From IMG/VR virus record IMGVR_UViG_3300044728_000234, positions 1-40,960 of that record: DNA of 40,960 bases, one strand, 5' to 3'. This document shows, one piece after another, positions 17,228 to 25,908 of this stretch. The DNA comes from a virus. Lineage: Duplodnaviria; Caudoviricetes. The position numbers and the translations under genes are program-made. How positions within the stretch are numbered: position 1 is the first letter of the stretch; every line of letters begins with the position of its first letter. The notes below the pieces were generated by a model. It worked only from the letters and a program-made list of their open reading frames with translations. It ran no database searches and was not told where the DNA came from.

Positions 17228-17395
17228 TGCGGCGGGCCGCGGGGTGGGGGTTAGCCACGCCCGCGGCGGGTGGGGGGCTTCGCTCCGGGAGGGGCTGGCC
17301 CCCCACTTCTACCGCAAGGCCTGGGCTCGCGCTACGCGCTCGCCCGCTTGAGGCGGGGCAGGAGAGGGGCTGATTAGCCTCAACCCGGAGGACAA
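17228..17395 (+). other. Hairpin-rich intergenic element
   Basis: Stems gccgcggg/cccgcggc, gtggggggc/gccccccac and ttgaggc/gcctcaa; contains CGCTACGC and GCTTCGC. Confidence 0.6.
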
Positions 17396-17623
17396 ATGGC
17401 TCGCAAACGCAAAGTCTGGCGCTTCCAGCGCAGCGCCCTCGGCGACGTCGTGTCGGCAATGACGCACGACCGCCAGTACGCCGTGCACTTCGAGCTCGAC
17501 GAAGTGTGGGAGCTGAACTTCGACGACAAGCTGACCTTCTACGCCGAGGCCGTGGTGGTCGGATCGCTCGAGAAGCCTCGCCTGAGAATATTGAAACTGG
17601 TGACAGAAGGAGAGTGGATATGA
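17396..17623 (+). CDS. Hypothetical protein, 75 aa
   Basis: GGAGG RBS; ATGA overlap with next gene. Confidence 0.65.
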   Translation: MARKRKVWRFQRSALGDVVSAMTHDRQYAVHFELDEVWELNFDDKLTFYAEAVVVGSLEKPRLRILKLVTEGEWI

Positions 17624-17937
17624 AGACGATCCCGCAGGAGGCGCTGCTGCGCGAGCACCTGGTCGCGTCGAGCGGCTGGGTACGCGAACAGCTGCGCCGT
17701 GCCGACCTGGGCTGCAACTTCAGCCTCGAGATCAAGATCGAGGGGCCGATCCAGACCGGCGATGCCAAGCTGACCTACAAGCTCGACCACACCAAGAACT
17801 ACGACTCGAGCGTCAGCGGCAATTCGCTGGCCGAGGTGACGTGGGAGCTGCTGCGGCGCTCGGGCTGGAACGAGCAGCACCGCGGCCTGCTGCTGGAGTG
17901 GAACGGCGCTGCCGCGCCGAGCCTCGCTGGAGAGTGA
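17620..17937 (+). CDS. Hypothetical protein, 105 aa
   Basis: ATG 17620 (MKTIPQEALL...) with AAGGAG RBS. Confidence 0.65.
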   Translation: MKTIPQEALLREHLVASSGWVREQLRRADLGCNFSLEIKIEGPIQTGDAKLTYKLDHTKNYDSSVSGNSLAEVTWELLRRSGWNEQHRGLLLEWNGAAAPSLAGE

Positions 17938-17981
17938 GTAAGCCCAGGGCAATCACGCTTTGGGATGGCAAGGAGAGCTAA

Positions 17982-18425
17982 ATGTTCAAGGAAATCACCT
18001 GCATCGGCAACCTCGGGAATGATCCCGAGATTCGTCACCTGCCGAGCGGCACCACCGCCGCCAGCTTCTCGGTCGCGGTCAACGACCCGCCCTACACCGA
18101 CAAGTCGTCGGGCGAGATCGTCAAGAACGTGACGTGGCTGCGCGTCGTCGCCTACCAGACCGGCGAGACCGGGCTGGTCACCAACCTGATCCAGAAGTGG
18201 CTGCGCAAGGGCCAGCTGGTCTACGTCAAGGGCGACCCGATCCTGCGCAAGTACACCGACAAGGAGGGTCACGAGCGCACCGCGTTCGAGATCAAGCTCG
18301 GGCCGCAGAGCACCATCAAGATGCTGGGCGGTGAGAAGACCAACGGCCACGCCAAGGCCGAGCCCAACGGGGTTGCGCCGTCGTCCGATCCGGCCGACAT
18401 CAACCTCGGCGATATTCCAATCTGA
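17982..18425 (+). CDS. ssb: Single-stranded DNA-binding protein, 147 aa
   Basis: IGNLGNDPEIR, FSVAVN, TWLRVV, LRKGQLVYVKG; acidic C-terminal GDIPI (DDIPF-like). Confidence 0.93.
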   Translation: MFKEITCIGNLGNDPEIRHLPSGTTAASFSVAVNDPPYTDKSSGEIVKNVTWLRVVAYQTGETGLVTNLIQKWLRKGQLVYVKGDPILRKYTDKEGHERTAFEIKLGPQSTIKMLGGEKTNGHAKAEPNGVAPSSDPADINLGDIPI

Positions 18426-18429
18426 GGAA

Positions 18430-18677
18430 GGGTGCATGCGTGGAGGGCGCGCTGCTGCGGCAGTGGTCAGCCCTCCGCGGCGCATGCATCTGCGCGGGCG
18501 GAGACGGCTCGGTAACGGCAGCTGCCGCTCGCGCACCCATCAGTCAGGGGTGATTTCGGTTCTAACCTGACTTCGGCCGCACCGGGCAGCGTCCACAGCG
18601 CGGAGCCTGCGGCCGATCCGGCCAGCTTCCCCACGAAGCGGCCGGCTGGGAACCACTGGCGTCCGGGTGTGGTTCCC
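18430..18677 (+). ncRNA. Candidate structured RNA (six tandem hairpins)
   Basis: Six adjacent stems with plus-strand G-U pairs filling the intergenic gap after ssb. Confidence 0.55.
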
Positions 18678-18696
18678 GCTTCTATCGGAGATTGCC

Positions 18697-19200
18697 ATGA
18701 CAATGCGATCGGTATCGCCCGATGTCGTGCCGTTGACCTACCAGATCCCCCACCGCGAGCGCCTGGCCGCGCTGCTGCAGGCCGGGAAGGCCGGGGGGCT
18801 GATTAGCCTCAATCTGGCGACGTGGTGGGCGATCAAGCGAACCGGCCACGAGCAGGGCACCGGCTGCCTGATCGGCCACTACGTCAAGCTGGCCAAGCCC
18901 CGCCACCTCGAGGTCGTGCCCGTCAACTTCCTCGAGCAGGCCAAGTCGCCGCTGCACTACGAGGAGCTGTTCGCCAAGCTGCCCAACCGCGACTGGCGGC
19001 ACCATGAGCTGCACTACCACGGGCCCGACGTCGAGGCGTGGGGACTGAGCGCCCTCTGCCTGTACTTCCAGATCAGGCCATGGGACGCCAAGGCGCTGTT
19101 CTACCCGGCCGGCTACCGTGGCCGGACGGCGATCGACCCAAGCCTCGTATTGGGCAAGCTCGAGCGTTTCGTGAAAGTAGAGAACCAACAACAGGAGTGA
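18697..19200 (+). CDS. Hypothetical protein, ~167 aa
   Basis: GGAG RBS before ATG 18697; GTGCLIGH motif; YF..I....AKALFYP..Y. Confidence 0.65.
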   Translation: MTMRSVSPDVVPLTYQIPHRERLAALLQAGKAGGLISLNLATWWAIKRTGHEQGTGCLIGHYVKLAKPRHLEVVPVNFLEQAKSPLHYEELFAKLPNRDWRHHELHYHGPDVEAWGLSALCLYFQIRPWDAKALFYPAGYRGRTAIDPSLVLGKLERFVKVENQQQE

Positions 19201-19202
19201 GC

Positions 19203-20057
19203 ATGGACGTCCACGTCCCCACCTACGACGGCCTGATGGAGAAGTACGGCTTCATCCCGTTCAACCACCAGAAGCCCAACTTCTTCCCGGCCGGCATCCA
19301 GCAGGTCTTCGATGCCGACGGGGATGTGATCCCCGGCTACAAGGCGGTCTACCGCCAGGACACCGGCGACACGCTGGCGATCCACTCGGACAAGTACTCG
19401 ATGGTGCCCTACGAGGAGCATTTCGAGATATTCGAGCGGGCGATCAGCGAGAGCAGCCTGAAGGCCGGCGACATGCGGATCGCCACCGACTTCCAGGACA
19501 ACGGCGCGAAGATCTTCCGCCAGTACCTGTTCCCGCAGCACACCATGATGCTCGACACCCGGACCGGCACGCACCCGATCGCGCTGCGCATCTATATGTT
19601 CGACAGCTACGACGGCTCGACCGCATGGCAGGGCAGGGCGGGGTTCTTCAACTTCGTCTGCGCCAACTCGGCGATCTACGGGCAGGAGGTCGACAGCTTC
19701 CGCTTCAAGCATATGGGCGATATGCACGAGAAGGTCGGCCATGCGGCAGTCATGCTGACCAGTGCGGCCGAGAAGTTCATCGCCAACTTCCCGCGGCTCC
19801 AGCGCTGGCCCCAGGTCAACCTCGACCCCTTCATGTTCACCGAGGTGCTCGAGGGTCTGCCGCAGGGCAACAAGACGCTGAGCGACGAGCTGGTTGCCCG
19901 CTTCGCCCGCGAGGCCGGCGGCAACCTGTGGGACGCCCACCAGGTGCTGACCAGCTGGGCGACCCACGGCATCCCGGCCAAGACGCAGGCAACCCGCCAG
20001 AAGCGCGTTGCCAGCCTCGTAGAGAGTGCGGTGTGGCGCCATTACGAAGATGCCTAA
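19203..20057 (+). CDS. DUF932-like protein, 284 aa
   Basis: AVYRQDTGDTLAIHSDKYSMV, FDSYDGS, FVCANS, FKH, GNLWDAHQVLTSWATH; AGGAG RBS. Confidence 0.75.
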   Translation: MDVHVPTYDGLMEKYGFIPFNHQKPNFFPAGIQQVFDADGDVIPGYKAVYRQDTGDTLAIHSDKYSMVPYEEHFEIFERAISESSLKAGDMRIATDFQDNGAKIFRQYLFPQHTMMLDTRTGTHPIALRIYMFDSYDGSTAWQGRAGFFNFVCANSAIYGQEVDSFRFKHMGDMHEKVGHAAVMLTSAAEKFIANFPRLQRWPQVNLDPFMFTEVLEGLPQGNKTLSDELVARFAREAGGNLWDAHQVLTSWATHGIPAKTQATRQKRVASLVESAVWRHYEDA

Positions 20058-20403
20058 GATGGGTCCACACCAGCTCTCAGCTGTCGAGGCTCTGGAATTA
20101 TTCTCGATTCCGGAAGCCTTAACCGGCTGTTGGCTATGCTGGAATGGAATTGCGGGCCAACGCTATCCCCGCATTTCCTTCCAGCGCAAACGCTGGCTGG
20201 CACATCGCCTGTCGTGGACGGTTCATCGCGGACCAATTCCAGATGGAATGATCGTGAGGCACAGCTGCGACACGCCTGCCTGTGTAAACCCCGACCATCT
20301 TCTGATCGGCACCCAGGCTGACAATGTGCATGACCGAGATCGGCGAAATCGTCGGATCTATTATCGTAACGGACAGAGATGGGGAAAAGCCCCAGGGAGG
20401 TAA
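20050..20403 (+). CDS. HNH endonuclease, ~117 aa
   Basis: TGCWLW-like, AHRLSW..HRGPIPDGMIVRHSCDTPACVNPDHL..GTQADN..D; lower GC than neighbours. Confidence 0.85.
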   Translation: MPKMGPHQLSAVEALELFSIPEALTGCWLCWNGIAGQRYPRISFQRKRWLAHRLSWTVHRGPIPDGMIVRHSCDTPACVNPDHLLIGTQADNVHDRDRRNRRIYYRNGQRWGKAPGR

Positions 20404-20405
20404 TT

Positions 20406-20777
20406 TTGGGTCTCGACCAATTCGCCTACCGGCTGAGCAGGAAGCCGAACAAGCCGGTCGACTTCGACATCGGGGAGGGCGGCAGCGAGACGATTTACCA
20501 GTGGCGCAAGCACCCCGACCTGCAGGGCTTCATGGAGACCCTGTACTACATGAAGGGCGGCACGCGGGAGGTCTTCAACTGCTCGCCGGTGCTGCTCGAG
20601 AAGGAGGATCTCGACCTGCTCGAGCGCAAGACACGGGATCGTGAGCTGCCCAAGACCGAGGGCTTCTTCTTCGGCGAGAGCAGCCCCGAGGATGACGAGG
20701 AGGTCTATCGGTTCATCGCCAAGGCCCGGCAGGCGATAAAGGAGGGGTCCTGGATCGCCTACGACTCGTGGTGGTGA
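20406..20777 (+). CDS. Conserved-looking phage protein, ~123 aa
   Basis: TTG start after GGAGG gives MGLDQFAY...WRKHPDLQGFME...FNC...GFFFG...YDSWW. Confidence 0.75.
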   Translation: MGLDQFAYRLSRKPNKPVDFDIGEGGSETIYQWRKHPDLQGFMETLYYMKGGTREVFNCSPVLLEKEDLDLLERKTRDRELPKTEGFFFGESSPEDDEEVYRFIAKARQAIKEGSWIAYDSWW

Positions 20778-20875
20778 GGGGGCGGGGACCGGCGCCCCGG
20801 TCGGTCCCCGCCTTCTGGTGCTGGCTGGCGGCACTCGCCGTGGTCGTGCTGTGCAGCGTGGAGTTCCCGCCATAG
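20774..20875 (+). CDS. Possible 33-aa membrane peptide
   Basis: GTGA overlap with upstream stop; FWCWLAALAVVVLC hydrophobic run; overlaps a GC hairpin at ~20778-20815. Confidence 0.25.
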   Translation: MRGRGPAPRSVPAFWCWLAALAVVVLCSVEFPP

Positions 20876-20902
20876 AGTGCCTCAGCACCCAGCGAGGACA
20901 GC

Positions 20903-22786
20903 ATGACCGTCAGCAGCCCGTGGCGCATCCGCAAGCCCCGCCAGCAGACCAACCTGGTAGCCCTGCTGCAGGCCCGCAGGGCGGCGGCAAGGACGGTGGG
21001 GGTACCGCCGGCAGCCCCACCCCCACCTGTCATCCTGCCGGCGCCACGGCTGCTGGCGCCCACGCCTGCCCCGCAGATAGTGCCGCTGAGCTCGCTGAAG
21101 GACTTCACCGGGTCGGGCAACCGGATCATGGATGTGCGCGACATCGTCGCCTTCCCCGAGACCAACGACACGCTGGCGACCCGCGACGGCAGCCCGATCT
21201 CGGCCCTGCGCTTCGTCGACAGCGAGGGTACTCCCGTGCTGATGGGTGGTCCGGGCACGCCCGGTCCTCCCGGAGAGCCCGGTCCGCCGGGCCCGGCCAG
21301 CACGGTGCCAGGACCGCCCGGTCCCAAGGGTGACACCGGCGATACCGGGCCCACCGGCAGCCAGGGCATACAGGGCATACAGGGCATCCAGGGCGTGCCG
21401 GGAACGCCGGGAGCCACCGGCTCGACCGGACCTGCAGGACCCGGCGTGCCGGTCGGCGGCACTGCCAACCAGGTCCTGAGCAAGATCAACAGCACCGACT
21501 TCAACACCCAGTGGACGACGCCATCAACTGCGACCGGCACGGTGACCAGCGTCGCCGTGGCCTCGGCCAACGGCTTTGCCGGCACGGTGGCGACGCCGAC
21601 CGCGGCCGCCAGCATCACCCTGTCGACCACGGTGAGCGGCCTGCTCAAGGGCAATGCCACGGCGATCTCGGCGGCCACGGCCGGTACCGACTACATGACG
21701 CCGGGCAACGTCTCGGCAGGCTACCAGCCGCTCGACGCCGACCTGACGGCGCTGGCCGGGCTCAACGCCACGGCGGGCCTGGTCGAGCAGACGGCGGCGG
21801 CAGCCTTCACCAAGCGCCTGATCGGCGTTGCCAACACGACCGACATCCCGACGCGGGCCAATGCCGATGCGCGCTACGCGCCGATCTCGATCACCGGCAC
21901 GGTGACCAGTGCCTCGGTGGTCTCGGCCAACGGGCTGGCCGGCACGGTGGCCACTGCCGGGACGACGCCTGCGATCACGCTGTCGACGACCGTGACCGGC
22001 ATGGTCAAGGGCAACGGCACGACGCTGAGCGCCGCGGTTGCCGGCACCGACTACACGACACCGGCCAACGTCACGGCATCGCTCGGCAGCTACCTGCCGC
22101 TCGCCGGCGGCACGCTGACCGGCATTGTCACCGGCACCCGGCATGGCCTGGGAACAGCGCCGCTGGCCAACACCCGGCTGATGATCATGGGCCAGACCAC
22201 GTCGGCCGATTACCTGATCTACGCGATCGACAGTGCCTCTGCCGGGAAGTTCTCGCTGCAGGACAACGGCAATGCCTTCTTTGCCGGAACGATGGGCGCA
22301 CTGAGCTATTCCAACCAGGCCGACGCCAGCAACTATGCCTTCGTCGCCGCCCGCTACTCGCCGGGCTACGGCCGGGCGGTGATGAACACCGGAGGGGCCT
22401 ACGGGCTCGACTGGCAGGTCAACGGCGTCAACGCGATGCGCCTCGATCCGACGGTCATCAATTTCTACCAGCCTGTGGAAGCCGCCGGCTCGGTCAGCCA
22501 GACCGCGGGCGCGACGTTCTATCTCGGGACCACGGCGGGGACCAACACGATCACGGTCACGGCAACGCCGGCCTATACCGCCTACACGGCGGGGGCGATG
22601 TACAACTTCAAGGCTGGCGGCACCAATACCGGGGCGGCGACCATCGCCATCAACGGCATGGCTGCCAAGGCGATCGTCAAGCGGGCCTCGACGGCGCTGG
22701 TCGCCAACGACATCCTGACCGGCGGCATGTATCAGCTGGTCTACGACGGCACCTCGATGCACCTGATGAACCCGGCGGTACCGTAG
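20903..22786 (+). CDS. Collagen-repeat fibre-like protein, 627 aa
   Basis: Gly-X-Y run ~21245-21445; internal ~57-aa duplication; YLPLAGGTLTG and TNTGAATIAING fibre motifs; GAGG RBS. Confidence 0.85.
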   Translation: MTVSSPWRIRKPRQQTNLVALLQARRAAARTVGVPPAAPPPPVILPAPRLLAPTPAPQIVPLSSLKDFTGSGNRIMDVRDIVAFPETNDTLATRDGSPISALRFVDSEGTPVLMGGPGTPGPPGEPGPPGPASTVPGPPGPKGDTGDTGPTGSQGIQGIQGIQGVPGTPGATGSTGPAGPGVPVGGTANQVLSKINSTDFNTQWTTPSTATGTVTSVAVASANGFAGTVATPTAAASITLSTTVSGLLKGNATAISAATAGTDYMTPGNVSAGYQPLDADLTALAGLNATAGLVEQTAAAAFTKRLIGVANTTDIPTRANADARYAPISITGTVTSASVVSANGLAGTVATAGTTPAITLSTTVTGMVKGNGTTLSAAVAGTDYTTPANVTASLGSYLPLAGGTLTGIVTGTRHGLGTAPLANTRLMIMGQTTSADYLIYAIDSASAGKFSLQDNGNAFFAGTMGALSYSNQADASNYAFVAARYSPGYGRAVMNTGGAYGLDWQVNGVNAMRLDPTVINFYQPVEAAGSVSQTAGATFYLGTTAGTNTITVTATPAYTAYTAGAMYNFKAGGTNTGAATIAINGMAAKAIVKRASTALVANDILTGGMYQLVYDGTSMHLMNPAVP

Positions 22787-22834
22787 CCTTCAAGCCTCGG
22801 CAGGTCGTTTTGTCTGTTCACCCATGGAGGACTT

Positions 22835-24499
22835 ATGTCCCAGATAATGATGCTCCCGCTGGAGAACCTGTCGATTACGGCGACCAACGCCCGCAAGGAC
22901 CACGTTGCCGACAAGGCGATGATCGCCTCGCTCAAGAGCCAGGGCCTGCTCTACCCGATCCTGGTGGAGAAGATGGATGGTGGGCCGGGCTACGACGTGG
23001 TCGACGGCGCTCGCCGCCTGACCTGTATCCGGAAGGGCATCGAGGATGGCGAGCTCGATGCTGGCGTCTTCGACCGCATACCGTGCCTGGTGGGCAATGG
23101 CGATGGCCGCCATCTTGGCCTCGAGCAGAGCTTGCACGCCAACCTGCACATGAGCATGCACCCGCTCGACGAGTGCGAGGCCATCCTCACCCTGTCGAAG
23201 ATGGGCGAGATGGGCGACGACATCGGCCTGCGCTTCGGCCAGGACGGGAAGTGGGTCGACCAGCGCGTCAAGCTGGCAAACCTCGCCGACGAGGTGAAGG
23301 CACTGTTCCGTGACGGCACGATCAGCCTGGGCATGGCGATGAAGTTCACCCTGGGCGACCACGCCAGGCAAAGGGCGTTCCTGAAGCAGCACCACAAGGA
23401 AGGCTTCACCGCCCACATGATCGAGCCGGCGATGACCGACAAGTGGGTGAGCTACGAGCACGTCAACTTCGACCTCGACCAGTACGACGGCCCGCAGGAG
23501 CGCGACCTGTTCGGCGAGAACATCTGGCTGCTCGACCGCAAGAAGGTGAAGGAGCTGCAGGACAAGTGGGCAGCCGAGGAGGTCGCCGCACTGGAGAAGG
23601 AAGGCTACGACAAGGTCGAGATCCTCGATCGCGAGGACTGGCAGACCCTGCAGAACACCGTCGAGGTCACCGGCAAGATCGGCAAGGAGGACCGGGCGAG
23701 GCTGAGGTGCTTCCTCAAGGCCGACCTGCATGGCTTCATCACGGTCCACAAGAACCGGATCGGCCGCAAGGCGGTCGACGACAAGGGCAAGATCAAGAAG
23801 AAGGTGCACTCGGCCGACGAGACGCCGGCTGAGAACGTCAAGCCGATGCTGTGCACCGAGCTCACCGTCGCCCAGCAGGAGATCGTCAACGCGCTGGCCT
23901 CGAGCAGCCTGTTCGCCCAGGTCATGGAGGGTGACGACCTGCTGGCCGAGTACCTGGTCATTTCCAACCAGTTCGGCGGCCAGTGGACGGAGCAAGCCGC
24001 GGCGCTGCGCCATAACGGCACGGTCAATCGCTGGGAGCGCCTGAACAGGGACTATCCCAACGAGCAGCTGATTAACGGAGCCGAGATCGGGCCGTGGGAC
24101 GAGAACGATCCCAAGGTCGTGACCTTCGCCGACTATCTCGACATGACCCATGAGCGTCGCCAGGAACTGTTCCGGGCTGCCGTAGCGTCGATGATCTTCG
24201 TGCCCTACGGCCAGCAGACGACCAGGCTGAAGGGTGCCCCGGAGCTGGCCAAGTACGACTGGCTGAAGCCGGGCGGCGACTTCTTCAAGCGCTACCGGAC
24301 CGATCAGCTGATCGACTACCGCCGGCGCTCGGGCGACAAGGAGGCGGGCAAGACTGCCAAGCCCAAATCCGCACACGTCGCCGACTGCGTAGTCGCAGCC
24401 GACGGGCCGCATGCCTTCAAGCTCAACCTCTACCCGAAGAAGATCCAGACGGAGCCGAAGCGGGAGAAGAAGATGACGGGCGGCGTTCCCGAAGCCTAG
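22835..24499 (+). CDS. parB: ParB/RepB/Spo0J-like protein with long C-terminal extension, 554 aa
   Basis: MIASLKSQGLLYPILV, VVDGARRL, SLHANL, MHPLDE, IGLRFG...VDQRVKLANL; GGAGG RBS. Confidence 0.8.
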   Translation: MSQIMMLPLENLSITATNARKDHVADKAMIASLKSQGLLYPILVEKMDGGPGYDVVDGARRLTCIRKGIEDGELDAGVFDRIPCLVGNGDGRHLGLEQSLHANLHMSMHPLDECEAILTLSKMGEMGDDIGLRFGQDGKWVDQRVKLANLADEVKALFRDGTISLGMAMKFTLGDHARQRAFLKQHHKEGFTAHMIEPAMTDKWVSYEHVNFDLDQYDGPQERDLFGENIWLLDRKKVKELQDKWAAEEVAALEKEGYDKVEILDREDWQTLQNTVEVTGKIGKEDRARLRCFLKADLHGFITVHKNRIGRKAVDDKGKIKKKVHSADETPAENVKPMLCTELTVAQQEIVNALASSSLFAQVMEGDDLLAEYLVISNQFGGQWTEQAAALRHNGTVNRWERLNRDYPNEQLINGAEIGPWDENDPKVVTFADYLDMTHERRQELFRAAVASMIFVPYGQQTTRLKGAPELAKYDWLKPGGDFFKRYRTDQLIDYRRRSGDKEAGKTAKPKSAHVADCVVAADGPHAFKLNLYPKKIQTEPKREKKMTGGVPEA

Positions 24500-24953
24500 C
24501 CGCCATCTCGAGACGGCGCATGGCGATCTGGACGACGGCGAGCTTGTCGCGCCGCCGCTCGAGGTCGTCATTGGCCATCTTGCACAGCGCACCGGGCGTC
24601 GGCAGCTTGTGCCACGTCTCGGTCGACAGGCAGCGCACCATCGACTTGCGCAGCAGGTCGGGGGGATACTGCACCATCACCATGACATAGCCGGCAGCGA
24701 CGTCAGGCTCGGGTTTCCTGCACCCGATTATTCTCACCACCTGTAAAAGGATAATCTGGGCCTGCACCTCGCTGATCGGCCTGAGGTGTTCACGTATCGC
24801 CTCGGCCAGCATCGGAAGCTGGTGGTCCTGCGGGCTTGGCTCGATGTCGAGCAGCCTTGGCACCCTTGAGACGGCGTCGGCGTGTGCGAGCAAGTTTAGC
24901 CACAGCACGTTTCTCCCGGGCACGTTCGGTGTTGACGGTGTGAGCTCGTTCAA
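24423..24953 (-). CDS. Hypothetical protein, possibly replication/helicase-loader related, ~176 aa
   Basis: TTG start; QYPPDLL...WHKLPTPG helical pattern; overlaps both neighbours. Confidence 0.5.
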   Translation of the reverse strand: MNELTPSTPNVPGRNVLWLNLLAHADAVSRVPRLLDIEPSPQDHQLPMLAEAIREHLRPISEVQAQIILLQVVRIIGCRKPEPDVAAGYVMVMVQYPPDLLRKSMVRCLSTETWHKLPTPGALCKMANDDLERRRDKLAVVQIAMRRLEMAARLRERRPSSSSPASAPSGSSSGRG

Positions 24954-25416
24954 TGTCTGCCCCCTTTGTGATCCAGTAGTGACCGATCAGGATTGCCTCG
25001 GCCGGTCCATCGGTCAGGGGCTCGCCCTTCAGGCCGGGATAGAGCAGGCGGGCGTGGTAGATCGCCGCCGCCTTGTCCGGTCCCAGGTCGAGCGCCTTCT
25101 TCCAGACCCGTGGATGCACGACATGGATCGAGGCTAGGGATCGCAAGGACAGCACCAGGCCGTAGTTGAGGAAGCTGGTGGCGGTTGCGACGGAGGACTG
25201 ACCGGGCATCGGCGTCTGGTACTCGGTAACAACTGCATAGGCTTCATAGGCCATGGCGAGCTTCTTCAGCTCGAGCACGTCGACCTGCTTCCTGGGCTTG
25301 CCGGTAAGCGACAGGCTGGTCTTCCACACCGGCAGCGGGCCCCACTCCATCAGGCCGCCATCATCGAACAGGGCGTAGCCGCCCTTCAGGCCGGGGTCGA
25401 TGGCGATCAGCCTCAT
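24790..25416 (-). CDS. RuvC-like Holliday junction resolvase, ~208 aa
   Basis: Start ATG 25416 (ATGA overlap); IAIDPGLKGG, VVTE, F..YG, VHPRVWKK, DGPAEAILI. Confidence 0.8.
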   Translation of the reverse strand: MRLIAIDPGLKGGYALFDDGGLMEWGPLPVWKTSLSLTGKPRKQVDVLELKKLAMAYEAYAVVTEYQTPMPGQSSVATATSFLNYGLVLSLRSLASIHVVHPRVWKKALDLGPDKAAAIYHARLLYPGLKGEPLTDGPAEAILIGHYWITKGADIERAHTVNTERAREKRAVAKLARTRRRRLKGAKAARHRAKPAGPPASDAGRGDT

Positions 25417-25625
25417 TGCTTCCTCAGTGCGACCTTCAGCCCGAGGGCGCGTGCCCAGCGGTCGAGGTTGAGCGCGGTCGGGTTGCGCCGGCGGCTCTCC
25501 CACTTGGCGACCATGCGCTCGCTGACACCGAGGCGTTCCTCGAGGTCACGCTGGCTCATGCCGAGGTGTTCGCGACGCTCGATCAGTTCGCCGATGCGAC
25601 GGTTGAACGGTTCGGTGTTACTCAT
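25413..25625 (-). CDS. XRE/Cro-family HTH regulator, 70 aa
   Basis: RREHLGMSQRDLEERLGVSERMVAKWESRRRNP; start ATG 25625. Confidence 0.85.
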   Translation of the reverse strand: MSNTEPFNRRIGELIERREHLGMSQRDLEERLGVSERMVAKWESRRRNPTALNLDRWARALGLKVALRKQ

Positions 25626-25660
25626 GGTGTACTTATGTCCCTGCTGTAGTATGCTGAAGT

Positions 25661-25888
25661 ATGGCACAAAAGGGAATAGGGTCACCTGACATCTACTGCA
25701 CCGAGGTTCAGAAGAAAGCCCACAACACCGCTTGGTTGGCCCACAGGCAGCCTTTTCCTTGCGAGGTATGTGGAGCGACAAAGACCGTGCGGCATCACGA
25801 CGATTACAGCAGGCCACTAGACATTCGCTGGCTCTGTCATCCGTGTCACCGTGCATGGCACAAAAGTAACAAAGCCTCGAACAGGTAA
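25661..25888 (+). CDS. Small HNH/zinc-finger protein, 75 aa
   Basis: CEVCG...HHDDYSRPLDIRWLCHPCHRAWH; lower GC. Confidence 0.7.
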   Translation: MAQKGIGSPDIYCTEVQKKAHNTAWLAHRQPFPCEVCGATKTVRHHDDYSRPLDIRWLCHPCHRAWHKSNKASNR

Positions 25889-25908
25889 GTGTTCAACCGG
25901 AGTAAGTC

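Noticed and set aside
21362-21394. Tandem CAGGGCATA repeat
   Set aside because: Simply encodes collagen QGI triplets
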